NCBI RefSeq assembly: GCF_000372725.1
Contig: NW_005201287.1
Location: 62,001 to 126,000 of the forward strand
Source: Emiliania huxleyi CCMP1516
Lineage: Eukaryota
Direction of reading: 5' to 3'
DNA length: 64,000 nt
Made by a program: the position numbers and the translations under genes. Below the pieces are notes generated by a model that saw only the letters and a program-made list of their open reading frames with translations, made no database searches and was not told where the DNA came from. Of the stretch, positions 50,694 through 62,097 are shown in pieces; positions within the stretch are counted from its first letter, which is position 1, and every line of letters starts with the position of its first letter.

Positions 50694-53233
50694 ATGGCGC
50701 AGCGCCGTGTGCGGTTCACCGCAGCGCTCAACTCGTATGTCCACGACCAAGGCTCGGAGGGCACGTGCTACGCTCACGCGGTGGCCACGCTTGTCGTCGA
50801 CGCGCTGCGGAGGCTCGGCGTTCCTGCGCAGTCCGCGCCCCTTCGAAGTACCGTCCTCGAAGAGCTCGTAGCTCGATTTGGGAAAGAAGGCGCGATCGTG
50901 CCTACAGTGCTCGACTGGGCGCTCCGTACGTACGTACGCCCGCACAGCGACGAGGCCGAGTGCGAAGAGCTGGAGACCACGGACGCGGTGATGGAGGTGC
51001 TCGAGCAGGCCGAGGGCAAGGTGGTGATGGATTTCCGTATGAGCTGCTCGCAGTGGGCTCACTTCGAAGCCTTCTTCCGAGCGGAGCCGATGGGCATCCT
51101 CAGTGCGGGCGCGCTCGGCGACCCGCACGGTCGCATCAGCGGCCACGCCGTCGTCATCGAGGGCTCCGAGGACTACTCGCATGGCGGCGCGAACGTACCG
51201 GCGCACCACTTCTGGCGCTTCAAGAACTCGTGGGGCGGGCAGCACGCCGACGCTGGCTTCTACCACGTCGCGCGCGACGCCCTTCCCGGCGTCCGATTCT
51301 TTGCCATCGACGTGCCGGTGCGGCACCGTCGCTTCCGCGAGCTCTTCCTGCCCGGCAGCCGCCCAGACCGCACCTTCGACCTGCGCGGCGCGCTGGCGCT
51401 CTCGAGCGACAAGGTGGGCGAGGGCTCCTTCGGCACCATCTTCCGAGCCTCGCCCCACCCCGCTCCGGAGCCCGCAGTGCGCGAGCGCCTCCTCGCGCGC
51501 GCGGCTCGCGACGCGCTGCCCGCGAGCATGGCGGTCAAGGCCGTCCCGCGCGCCGATCGCGCGCACGCGCTGATTGAGGAGATGCGCCACCTGACGACGC
51601 TGCAGCATCCGTGCGTGGTCAAGGTGCTCGGCTTCACCCTCGACCGCAGCGGCCGCTGGGCGCTCGTCATGCCCCTGTACGAGCTTGGCTCGCTGTCGCA
51701 CCCGCGCCCGGGCGCGCTCGTCACGCGCAGCGCCCTCCCCCGCATCCTACACTGCGTTGCGACCGCCCTGCAGCACGTGCACGACGCCGGGTACATCCAC
51801 GGCGACGTGAAGGAGAGCAACGTGCTGCTTCACATGGATCGGCACGCCGGTCCGGACAAGGTGCTCTGCGGCGTCCTCGCAGATTTCGGCAGCATCCAGC
51901 GCATCGACGCGCCACGCAAGCTCGCGCGCGTGGGCACGTCGGTGTTCCGCGACCCGCGCGTGCGCAGCGGCGACTACGGGAGCGAGATCGACGTCTACGC
52001 CTTCGGCTGCGTGCTCGCCGGCACCGCCGTGCGCGTGGTGCACACGGACGCGTCCTTGCAGTCGCAGCTTGGCGAGCTCGCGGAGCGCTGCAAGGCCAGC
52101 GCCTGGCAGCAGCGCCCGGAGGCCTTTGGACTCATGCTCGAGCTCGCGCAAATTGTAAACCAGCAGCCCCTGCGAGGGGGGCACGTGCGCCCGGGGGCGG
52201 GCATCGACGGCCTCGTCGCGTCGCCGAGCAGATGGCGCGCAACCGCTCGCGCTTGTCGAGTACCGGCTCCGAGCTTCACGCGGTGATGGCGCCGCCGCCT
52301 CTGCCGCGCCCGCTCGAGGTGCCCACGGACGTCCCGTCGGATCTGGACGAGGTCGATCGCGCGCACGTCGTCTATGTGTCACGGGCCAAGTACCACCACC
52401 GCTCCTGCCCGATGATCGAGAGCTGGCACCGCTCCAGCCGCACCGAGTTCGAGAAGCAAACATTTGAGTACGTCGCGCCGCGCGTGCGCTTCAAGCCGTG
52501 CTCCTCGTGCGCGCACCACTTCCGCTTCCGCTTCAACGTCTTCCCCCGCCCCCGCGGCGCCGTGCAAGCGTACCCCGCCTTAAACCGCCCCGCGCCGTAC
52601 CCCATGGACGACATCGGAACCCCTCCGTGGTACGCACGGATCCTCGAGCCCACGGGCGACGACGATCACCCCGAGACGATCACCCTCGGCCCGCTGCACG
52701 TGGACGACGCCTTCGAGGCGCGCGCCGAGGCGCTGCGCTACCTGTGCGATCTGAGCGGAGCGTACAAGTGTGCGCTGCGCGACCCAGTCGGCCAGATGAC
52801 CGAGTACGAGGAGCACCCGGCGCCGCCCGCCCGCGCGCGCGACGGCTCCGGCGGCATGGACATCCGCTTCGAGACGCCGGCCGGCGACGCGGTGTGCGTC
52901 AAGATCCGCCCCTTCTCGGTCGCCATGGAGCGCGGCTGGCCGCTCCAGGGGGATGCCGACCGCCCGGATCCACACGCGGAGCGGTGGTCGGAGGACGACG
53001 ACTTTAGCGACGGCGACGGGGAGTACCCGGAGCTCGCGGAGAGCACGAGCGCTCGCTGGGGCAAGCACAAGGGGACGGAGGAGGACGTGACGAGGGTAAT
53101 GACGGAGAACCAAATCTTCTGGGGCGCGAGCCGAGTCGGCCGGAACGGCTTCGATCTGCTGGAGGACTACAAGAGGCATCCGGATCGCGTGCTCAACTTC
53201 CTCCGGTCGCGAGGCGTCAGCATCCGCTTGTGA
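50694..53233 (+). CDS. Papain-like (C1A) cysteine peptidase / protein kinase / Cys-His motif fusion; frameshifted at 52215-52224, in-frame stop at 52286
   Basis: Peptidase: DQGSEGTCYAHA, GHAVVIEG, FKNSWG. Kinase: GEGSFG, AVK, HGDVKESN, DFG, DVYAFG. Downstream frame has KYHHRSC...KPCSSC. Intronless. Confidence 0.85.
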
Positions 53234-53856
53234 GCGGCAAGGGCAAGCCGAGAAGATCGCGGCGCTTCCGACGCGTCGCGCGTGAGCTGCTCCCAGGCGC
53301 CCATTTTGTGAAATGCCTGGCCACTCACCTAAGCCGATCTCAGAAACACACTCGTGCGGCTGCGCATTGTTTGTATTTTTCCCTTCTCTACGAGCCTGCG
53401 AGTGAAAATTTCAGCCCTGAAAATAGCTGCATCGTCCATCGAAGATCACATATTATCGAGATCACTCGAGAGATCACTCGAGACACGAGAGATCACGCAC
53501 AGGTAAATCACGGCCCTAGGCCGGTCGCTCAGAGGTAGAGCTAGAGGTAAAAGGTAAAAGGGCCCACGGCTGCCCAGAGGTAAAGGTAAGAGGGCCGCAG
53601 GCCCTCAGAGGTAGAGGTAACCTAGACCCCTCCTACCCGGCCCTCAGGGCCGATAACATATCGGTTATCGCCTTATCGCATTTTTTCAATCGATGTTATA
53701 TATATAGCGAGCATCCGATGAGAAAAACGACCACATTCTTGTATTCTCGGCTCTAGCGCGCCCAACACAGCTATAGACGACCCCCCCAGCTGCCTCTAGA
53801 CACGCCCTGGCGCCCCCCGGGCCCTGCCCACCACGCCCTCCCCCGACCCCCTAATG

Positions 53857-55336
53857 CTACGCCCCGTCCGTCTCCATCGCGCTCACACGCTTGGGCCTGT
53901 CTCTCACCTTGCGCCGGTCTGCCGCGGGCGGCGCCGGCGTGGCTATCCGGCCGTACTCCGCCTGGTTCGCCCTCGCCCGCACCACGCGCAGTGTGTGGCG
54001 GAGGCAGGTGCCCGCAAAGACGATGACGAGCAGTGCAATTCCGACCACTTCGGTGAAGGTGGCGGCGGGCGACGAGGCCCAGCGACCCTTGGGCAGCCGC
54101 TCCGCCGCCGCCCTCGCCTCCTCCGAGACAAAAACCTGCGTCAGCCGCCCGTCCTCGAGCAGCAGCTGCGCGCCCGCCACCGCGTCGAGGTCCGAGCAGA
54201 TCTCCGACGAGGAGAGAGCAAAGGCGGGGAGATGCTCAACGACCACCTGCAGCTGCTGGGCCAGTAGCCGCGCCGCCGTGCTCGCGTCGGCGGCGCCCGA
54301 CTGCGAGGCCGCAAAGAGGTCGAGCACGAGGTACTGGCCTGCTCCAAACATGTCGCGGACCTCGACGGATGCGGCGTCCACCCGCAGCTGCGCGGCGATC
54401 TCCGCGGCGACGAGATCGGCCATCTGAGTCAGGTCGCGACCCACCTGCGGCCTCCTCAGCCTGAGCTGAAGGCGCGCCGCCTCAGGATGCAGCGCAGGCA
54501 AAGGTAGGGACGCGGCCGGCTCGCTCGGCGCCGACGGCCGCTCCAGCCCCCGCAGGCCCACCGGCGTCACGCGGAAGGCGCAGCCTGACGCTGGGCACCG
54601 CAGCGGGAGGGCCTGGAAGCCGACTCCCGCAACGGCGTAGGCGAGCGTCTCCCACGGCGCGTCGTCGATCGAGGCGTGCCTCGACGGCTCGCGCAGCACA
54701 GACACCGCCCAGCGCAGCTTCGGCCGGCAGGCGCCGCCCAGCTCCCCCCACGTGATTGCAAAGGACGCTGAGCTCGTCGCGATCACGCGCGGCGCGGCGA
54801 GAGCCGCGGCGTTGTCCGAATCGGTCAGCAGGGGGCCCGTCGGCTCGGATGGCGGGCCCGCGCCGTCGTCGTTGTGCGCCACGACTCGGAACTCGACCGC
54901 GTCGTACTCTTCCAGCCCGTCGATCAGCGCCGTCGACCCCGCGGTGCGAGGCACCACGTCGGACCAGTCGCCCGTCAACCTGCCCGGGTACCCCACCAGC
55001 TCGTCGGCGGGGAGGAGCGAGCGGCCCTGCACGGTGAAGAAGGCCTCGCCGCGGCAGCCCGCCCGCAGCGCTGGAAGCTCGAGGCCGACCGACCTATTCG
55101 GAGGCGGTGCCGTGGACCACGGCGTGCCACGCCAGTGGTGTGTGTGCTCACCCGGCGCCTGCAGCTGTGTGAGCGGGACGGCTTGGGCGCGCTCGCAGCA
55201 ATGAGCGGCGCGCCACCCGAGTCGGTGGTGAGCCGCAGCGGCCGCGTCATGCGGCCGGGGCCCTTCGAGTTGCGGCCTTGCACCTGAACCAGGTAGGTGG
55301 TCCCGCCCGAGAGGCCCGATAGCACAAAGGAGAGCC
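53857..55336 (-). CDS. Fibronectin type-III repeat, single-pass membrane protein; 3' part only, 5' exons not identified
   Basis: LSGLSGGTTYLVQVQGRNSKGPG and IDGLEEYDAVEFRVVAHNDDGAGPPSEP; TM segment VVGIALLVIVFAGTCL. Confidence 0.75.
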
Positions 55337-55443
55337 CTACGCTAGCCGGGGGTCGTTCGGCTCACGAATACACGAGATGGGGGAAGACTAGCACACTAGC
55401 CGCCTCTTCCAGTTCCACATGGCCCGGCTCGGGTCCCTCCTCC

Positions 55444-55931
55444 CTTAGGGTACCCCTAGGGTTCTGAGGGCCGGATTGTTTTAAGACCTTTTAGGAAATG
55501 AGGAGGTTTGGGGGCTCAAATTGTCATTTAAGAGATTGCAGGCACGGGGGGTCCCTCTTTTAAGTCTGTTTAAGAAAATCGGCCTCGCCGGCATGCGTCG
55601 CTGGGTTCCGCGCCGTTTTATCCAATACTGCCTTTATTAGGCACAAACCCGCCTCTGAAGACACATCTGTAGGTCTGGTGCACTGGCAGGAGCCATACTC
55701 GCATAGGGGACGCGTGCCAGCTGACTGTAGCCAGCTTCCCGGCCTCCGGCGTCTACCGGGAGCCTCCCGGACGCCATCGACCTCGGGAGCTCTCCCGCAC
55801 CGTTTAAGCGTTTAAGACCGTTTAAGGAATCGGCGGCCCAGCAGCTCTTAAAACCGGCCTAGGCCGGTTTTAAGCCGTTTAAGCCGCAGGCGCCCCAGGG
55901 CCCACCCTTTTAAGCCTAGGGGTACCCTAAG
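55444..55931. mobile_element. hAT-like MITE, 488 bp
   Basis: Perfect 17-bp TIR CTTAGGGTACCCCTAGG; perfect 8-bp TSD CCTCCTCC (55436-55443 and 55932-55939); internal TTTAAG subrepeats. Confidence 0.9.
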
Positions 55932-57099
55932 CCTCCTCCCTCGTGCGGCGATCGCGCCTGAGATCTTTCGGAGTTCGTTTATCACCCCCCCCCCCCCCCC
56001 TCGCCTCCGAGCAACTTTAAGCCCTGCCCCTGGCCCTGAAAAGGTTCGTTCACTTAGATCTAGATCTAACGCAGAATACCCCTCCCGTAAGCAAGAAAGA
56101 AATAAAGAAAACACGCAACCCAAGCGCCAAGGGAGGGATGGGACAACCTTCACGCCTCCTCGCTTGGTCTGCCCCCGCGAAGCCCTCATAGTTAGAGGCT
56201 GCGCAGGCCGTCCCGTTTGCTGTTTGCATAAAAAACGCCTGTTGCGCTGCGCGCGCGCGCCGGGGCCGTCTGTCTCACTCACGTGCCGCAATATGTGTCA
56301 CACACGGCGGCTTCTGCCACCTCTCGATTGGTTCCATTTTCTACGCACACCTACCGGGGAAGGGGCGCTTGGGAGCGGGGGCGGGGGCGGGGGCGGGGGT
56401 GGGGGCGGGGGCGCGCAGCGCGCGGCCGCGCGCGCGCATCAGAGGGTAGGGGTGGGGAAGACGGCGAGGAGAGGGGGCGGCGCGGCGGCGGCGGCGGCAG
56501 CGCGCGCGCGGCGCGCGCGACGGAGGGGCGGAGCAGCGACCGCTGGCGCGGTCGCTGCTCCGTCTGTGACAGCGACGCGCGCTCTGGTGCAGAGCGCGCG
56601 TCAGGAAGGGGGCAAGCGTGGCGGCGCGGGACGCGCGGCGGCGGCGGCGAGCAGCCGAGCGCTCCGTGAGCGGTGAGGCGGCCGGGCGAGGGCGCGGCGG
56701 GTGACGGGTCAAGGGAGCAGCCCACACCCGGCCGTCGCTTTTTGAGCGACGCCTGCGGCACGCCTGCGCAGGGGCCGCAGGGCGGTCAGTTGTGGGCCGA
56801 GGCGGTGCCGGCCGCGGGCCGGGAGCAAGGCGCCGGCCTCGGCGCCGCCTCGGCGCGCCGCACGGGCGCGGCGAGCCTCTGAAATGGAGCCGAAGGTTTG
56901 CTGCGGTAGGTAGGTGGTAGGTGGTAGGTGGGGTGGTTTGACTTTGCCGCAGAGGCCGTCCCTAGCTGTGAACAGCAAACCCACGTATTTTTCTTCCCTG
57001 CAGAAAGCCTGTCGGCCACGCCGTCCACTAGCTGCCCGCCGCGTGCAGAGTGCCTTCTGCAGGTCGCCCCCCCCCGCCGTCCGCTGCCCGCCGCAGCGA

Positions 57100-59002
57100 A
57101 TGCCAGCCCGGCAGGCGATCCCTGGCCTCTATTGCGAGGGGAGCTGGAGCACGGCGGAGCAGAAGCGGCGCCACTTTATCGTCGAGGGCCAAGTGCTCAA
57201 GCTGTTTGGGCGGCGCGGCAAGACCTTCAAAGGCCAGCTCAACCTCGCCGCAGTGACGGCGCTGCGGCCCGCAACCGACCCCGCGGCGCCGACCGGCACG
57301 CTTGAGCTCCAGCTCGACGGCGTCGTCCGCGCCTCCCGCCGGCCGACCTCATATTTCCTCGCGCCGGAGCGGTCTGCTGCGGAGCTCTTCCTCGCGCTCG
57401 GTGGCGCGGTGCCGTCGCAGGCGACGAGCGACGACCTTTGGAGGACGCACATGCGGAGCCGGCCGGCCGGCGGCATTGGCGGCACCGGCCAGGCGTCGCA
57501 CGAGTACCGCGTCGGCCGCACGCTCGGGACGGGGACATTTGGCAAGGTGAAGCTGGCGCAGCGGCTGGCCGACGGGCAGATGGTTGCCATCAAGTGCCTC
57601 AACCGGAACCGGATCGTGTTCGCGGCGCAGGGGGAGCGGCTGGCGCGCGAGATCCGGCTCCTCAAGCTGCTCAACCACCCGAACGTCATCCGGCTTCACG
57701 AGGCGCTGCACACGCCCTCCCTGAGGGTTGCGTGCAGGACGTCTCCGTGGTCCACGACATGTCCGAGACATGTCCCGCAGGTGCTGCACACGCCCTCCGA
57801 GATCCTGATGGTGATGGAGTACGTGCACGGAGGCGACCTGCTCGAGGTGCTCAACACGCAGCCGCGCTTCCGCGAGGAGCAGGTGCGCGCCATCTTCGCG
57901 CAGATCTGCTGCGGCGTCTCCTTTTGCCACTCGCTCGGCGTCGCGCACCGCGACCTCAAGCCGGAGAACATCCTTCTCGAGCGGGTCGGAGACGACTTTC
58001 AGATCCGCGTCGCAGACTTTGGGCTCTCAACCATCATGCAGGCGGAAGGAGCGGGAGTGAAGCGGTCGGTTGACACGCATGAATCACTCACCGAGAGCAA
58101 GTAGCCCGTCCCGCGGGCAGGGCGGCGGCCAATCAGCTCGAATGAAGCACTCACCGACGAGCGCCCGGCCACCCTGCAGGCGGGGCAGCTGCTCTCCACC
58201 TCGTGCGGCTCTCCGCACTACGTCGCGCCCGAGATCCTCAACTTCGACGGCACCGCGCGCTACGACGGCCGAGAGGCGGACGTCTGGTCCCTCGGCGTCA
58301 TCCTGCACGTGCTGCTCTGCTACCGGCTCCCCTTCGAGGCGGACTCGACCACGCTGCTGTACAAGAAGATCCGGCAGGGCCTCCCCTCGCTGCCCCCGCA
58401 CGTGTCGGAGCTGGCGACGCAGCTGCTCGGCGGGAGACCTCGACGTGTCTCCCTCCGCACCACGACACGTCCGCGACACGTCCGCGACACGTCCCCGCAG
58501 GCGGGATGCTCGAGGTGTCGCCCGAGCGGAGGTGGACGCTCGAGCAGGTGGTGCGCTCCGAGTGGCTCTCGCTCGACGTCGAGGCGCCAAAGTGGTCGCA
58601 GCTCGTCGACGCCGTCGTCGACGCGGACGCCGCCGACGGAGGCGCCCAGCTCGTGGGCCCTCCGCATGAATGGTTGATGAGTCCTCATGAGCGAGTCACT
58701 ATGAGGACTCATCACTCACAGGCGTCAGCTCGTGGGCCCTCATCTCCCCGTCGCGGCTCGCCACGGCCTCGCCCGAGCCCGAGCCGTCTGCCGGGATCGA
58801 GGTGCGGCGCGCATTCACTTTCGACTTTTTGCCGCGCACGCTCGACTCGGAGAGCGAGGGCGAGGCGCCCGACCCCGGCTTCGGCTCCTACCCTGGCAGC
58901 CACGCGCCGTCCCCGACCACAGGGCTGCGCGCGCCCAGCGCTCGAGGTTCGTGCCGCGAGCAGAACGGCAGCAGGGGCAGCAGCAGTGGAAACGGAGCCT
59001 GA
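57100..59002 (+). CDS. PH-domain Ser/Thr kinase, CAMK group (SNF1/CIPK-like)
   Basis: GTGTFGKV, VAIK, HRDLKPEN, DFG, TSCGSPHYVAPE, DVWSLG. GC-AG introns 57703-57780, 58042-58179 and 58430-58500, plus one near 58645-58720. PH-like N-terminus. Confidence 0.9.
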
Positions 59003-59943
59003 CGGGGAGGGGGGCGGGCCGAGCCCCACTCCTGGCCCCACTCCGGCTCGCCAGCCACTACACTTCAGACTGAAGGCATGCACCATAACCAGAACTCCAC
59101 AGCATCCCAGTCTTCACAAGTACTTGCCGCCCCCCACTGCGAGATCGAGCGGAGAGCTCTGACTCTCGCTCCCACCGATGGATGTATTGACCGCGCCCCC
59201 CCAACTGTTTGATTCTCCTCCCCCCCGCTGTAATGTATCAATAGCCTATTTTGAGGATTGAGAGCACAGTCTCTCGGTCTCGCTAAAGTGTAAAGAGTTA
59301 AAACATCTCATGATCGTTAACATCGCGAGGCATTCACGAGCCGGAGCGGCCGACTACACTGTACACACGGTGAGCCCTGAGAGCCGCATACGTAAAGGCT
59401 AGTTCCAATTCACTCTGACACGCTAATCTTGAAAACGCGTCCAACGGAGCTCCGTGTTGCTCCCAGCGCCCTCCCCCGAGCTTCCTGCGGCCATGGCCGG
59501 TGCTACTAGTATGGGGGGCTACCTGGCTACCGCGAGCGCGACCCAACTCGTCGACATCGTCCGATGATGGTGCCGCAAAGTCAGCCTCCGGAGGCTATCG
59601 TGGGGTCGAGCCGGCAGTAGCCGCGACATGTGGTTCCACCACCCCTCGTAGGCTTTGCCTCTTACCGCCACCGTTCCCAGGCTGCCTAATGGGATGGAAA
59701 GGGAGGCTGGGCGAGCGTATAGAAGCGTGCTCGACCTCGTCGTGGCAACCTGTACGGCAGCGCTGGTAGGCGCGATGAGCGTCGTGCCACTTGACCCAAG
59801 ACGGGTCGCAGGCGTCGTACCGAGCGCGTCGAGACCGTGTCCTGATGTGATCTGCACGGGTGAGTCACGTCGGCGTCAAAGGAGCGACGTGCGACCTGTC
59901 AGAGCTTGATCTCCGATCTCAGCGGCGTCGAGTCGTCTCCGGC

Positions 59944-60094
59944 GCGCGACAAAGGTACATCCCCAGGACGCGCAGAGGCAGCTGCGACCCAGCGGAGTGG
60001 ACGGTAATGCACCGCGCCACCTGCTGTGCGTTACCGTCCACTCGGCGGGGTCGCAGCTGCCTCTGGAAGGCACCGAGATGTACCTTTGTCGCGC
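59944..60094. repeat. Long imperfect palindrome with arms of about 68 bp
   Basis: GCGCGACAAAGGTACATC...AGAGGCAGCTGCGACCC...GAGTGGACGGTAA and its reverse complement, around a loop of about 15 nt. Confidence 0.9.
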
Positions 60095-60594
60095 AATGGT
60101 CAAAATCAAGGTTTTGTAACGCGAGCTGTGCCACAGTGAAATGGAACTAGCCAAAGCCGTACGGGACCTTGCACGAGTAAACCTTTTCACCTTCTAAGCA
60201 GGGCTACACAATGACCCCATAGTGTGGGGGTGTCTCTGGCGAGTCGTGATGAGTAGAATTAGATTAGCCAATGTTATTTTGAAGTTCATATATGAAAATA
60301 CCAACTTGCCTATGTGCACGTCTCCGCGGCGGCGGCCCCGCGGAGGCGGCACGTCGGAGCGGTCAGAGCAGCACTGCGCCGGCCGGCGATCGACTCTCGA
60401 CTATACCACGGGCTCTATTGAATGGCCTCAAGGTGCTCTCTAGGGCTGCCCTATTCCGCTCGCCCGGCTACGTCGCCGGGCTTCGAAGGAAAAGGTTTCG
60501 CTCGGCACGGCGTCGGAGAGCAAACCTCGGCACGACCAACTCGTCCTAGAGTGGATGAGTGGACGCACGCGGCGTCGGCAACGTGGACGCAGAC

Positions 60595-60894
60595 TTGCTG
60601 GAGATTGAAGAGGTGCTCGGCATGCGCTACTGCGACCCGAGCCAGATGACTGCGGTGGCGCTGAGGAACCCTGTCGATGAAGACGACGAGCGCTTGGAGT
60701 ACCTCGTCTCTGGCAGGTTCGGCAGTGGTCCCGACGACCGTGGCTTCCATTCTGTCGCTTGGGTCTTTCACGGCGACCTTCTGGACCATGCAGGTGCGGA
60801 CACGGTCAAGTCAGCGATACAAGATTACAAGAACCGGCTGGATAAGGAGTTCACGCTGCTGGCGGAGGCGTGTGACGAGGCTGATGATGAGTAG
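60595..60894 (+). pseudogene. Chromodomain-like coding fragment
   Basis: LEIEEVLGMR...LEYLVSGR...AWV resembles the chromodomain pattern (EVEKIL..R...EYLVKW...TW); no clear start. Confidence 0.35.
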
Positions 60895-61203
60895 CCGCAC
60901 CAGCGCAGCGCAGCGGCGGTGTGCGACCAGGGACAGTGGTAGACTTTCGACGTGGTGGGGCTGCTCTCTGAGCGATGACACTAGCAGGGGCATCATGCGT
61001 GTCATCGGAGTCTCTTGTATTATGATACCACCACGCCGCCACGCTCGCAAGGGCCGCCTAAGCGCCTAAGCACCCTAAGCACCCCCGCTGCTTAGGCCGC
61101 TTAGGCGCTTAGGCGAGTGACGGCCGGCTGCCCGGGGCCTGGCGTGCCTCCGCCGTGGGCTGAGCGCCTGGGAGAGCCACTCTGCAGGTGGTGTGCGAGC
61201 GTG

Positions 61204-62097
61204 TAGGGTTGTTGCACGAGTATATGGGCCACGATGTCTCAAATATGAGGGGTTTTGACTCCTACCGGCTCCTGACGCTATCCCTGGCAGCTCTAATGGC
61301 CAGGGTCAGTAGTGTTGTGATAGATGGTGCCCATACTAGCGCAGGAGCTGCCACACTCGCCCGGACCGTCCCCTTCTGGGGCCGGTTCCGCAGCCCGCGA
61401 GAGCCGACAGCGGGGCCGTGCCGCAGGTGCCTACTGCCGAGTGCCACAAACACTGCGCCGTCCCGCCATCACCTACAGGCTGTCTTGTGGGATGGTTGGG
61501 ATGTCCAAACGCCACCATCTTGGCTCTTGCGACCTCAAACCCGCGAGCTGTATGGGTGGTCCTGACGTCGACAGACGCCCGAGGACCATGGTGAAGCTGA
61601 GCCGGAACGAGTCGACAAGTCTCGCCTGAGCCCGTGGCGGTCGCCGGCTGAGTCGCCGTACACGGGCCGGTACCTCAGGCGTCACCTCCGCAGCCTCAGG
61701 TCTCAAACTCCACCACCTCCGCCGGGACACCTTCGGTGGCACGCTCGGCGGCGAGTTTGTTGCAGCCCCACAGCGAGCGCGGCGTCGAGCCTGTTCCGTC
61801 TGGTCGGTTCGCGGCACTCACTGGGTGCCAGGGAGTGCCGCCGACACGCGAGCGGTGCTTCCTGGCAGCGTGCGCCGGCTGTGGGGCTGCAACAAACTCG
61901 AGACACGCTTTTTCAGTGTATGTAGCTCTTACGTACATTCCCGTAGGAGACTCTGCTGACAGGGCTGGACAGGGTTTGCGATGAGGAGCGACCCGAAGGG
62001 TTTCTCGGAGGTTAGCGCACCACTAACCGCCGAAGCGCAAGAACTTTTTTGGGACATTTTCGACGCTTTTGGCCCATATACTCGTGCAACAACCCTG
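61204..62097. mobile_element. Tc1/mariner-like MITE family A, about 890 bp
   Basis: 27-bp TIR AGGGTTGTTGCACGAGTATATGGGCCA (61205-61231 / 62070-62096). Right end is CCCTG followed by TA; the left terminus is degenerate. Confidence 0.8.
61910..62041 (-). repeat. Long copy of the dispersed structured repeat, nested in MITE A
   Basis: Reverse complement aligns with 26346-26530. Confidence 0.85.

Larger units (their letters stand above)
48276..53652. mobile_element. Cargo-carrying non-autonomous DNA transposon (hAT-like Pack element), about 5.4 kb
   Basis: 13-bp TIR CGGCTCTGAGGGC versus rc CGGCCCTGAGGGC. TSD ATAACATT/ATAACATA (7 of 8 match). Clusters of AGGTARAGGTAA subterminal motifs at both ends. 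No transposase seen. Confidence 0.7.

Noticed and set aside
52284..52288. TGATG stop/start overlap suggesting operon-like translational coupling
   Set aside because: A 5-bp duplication 60 bp upstream explains the frame change more simply, and the downstream frame looks coding before the ATG
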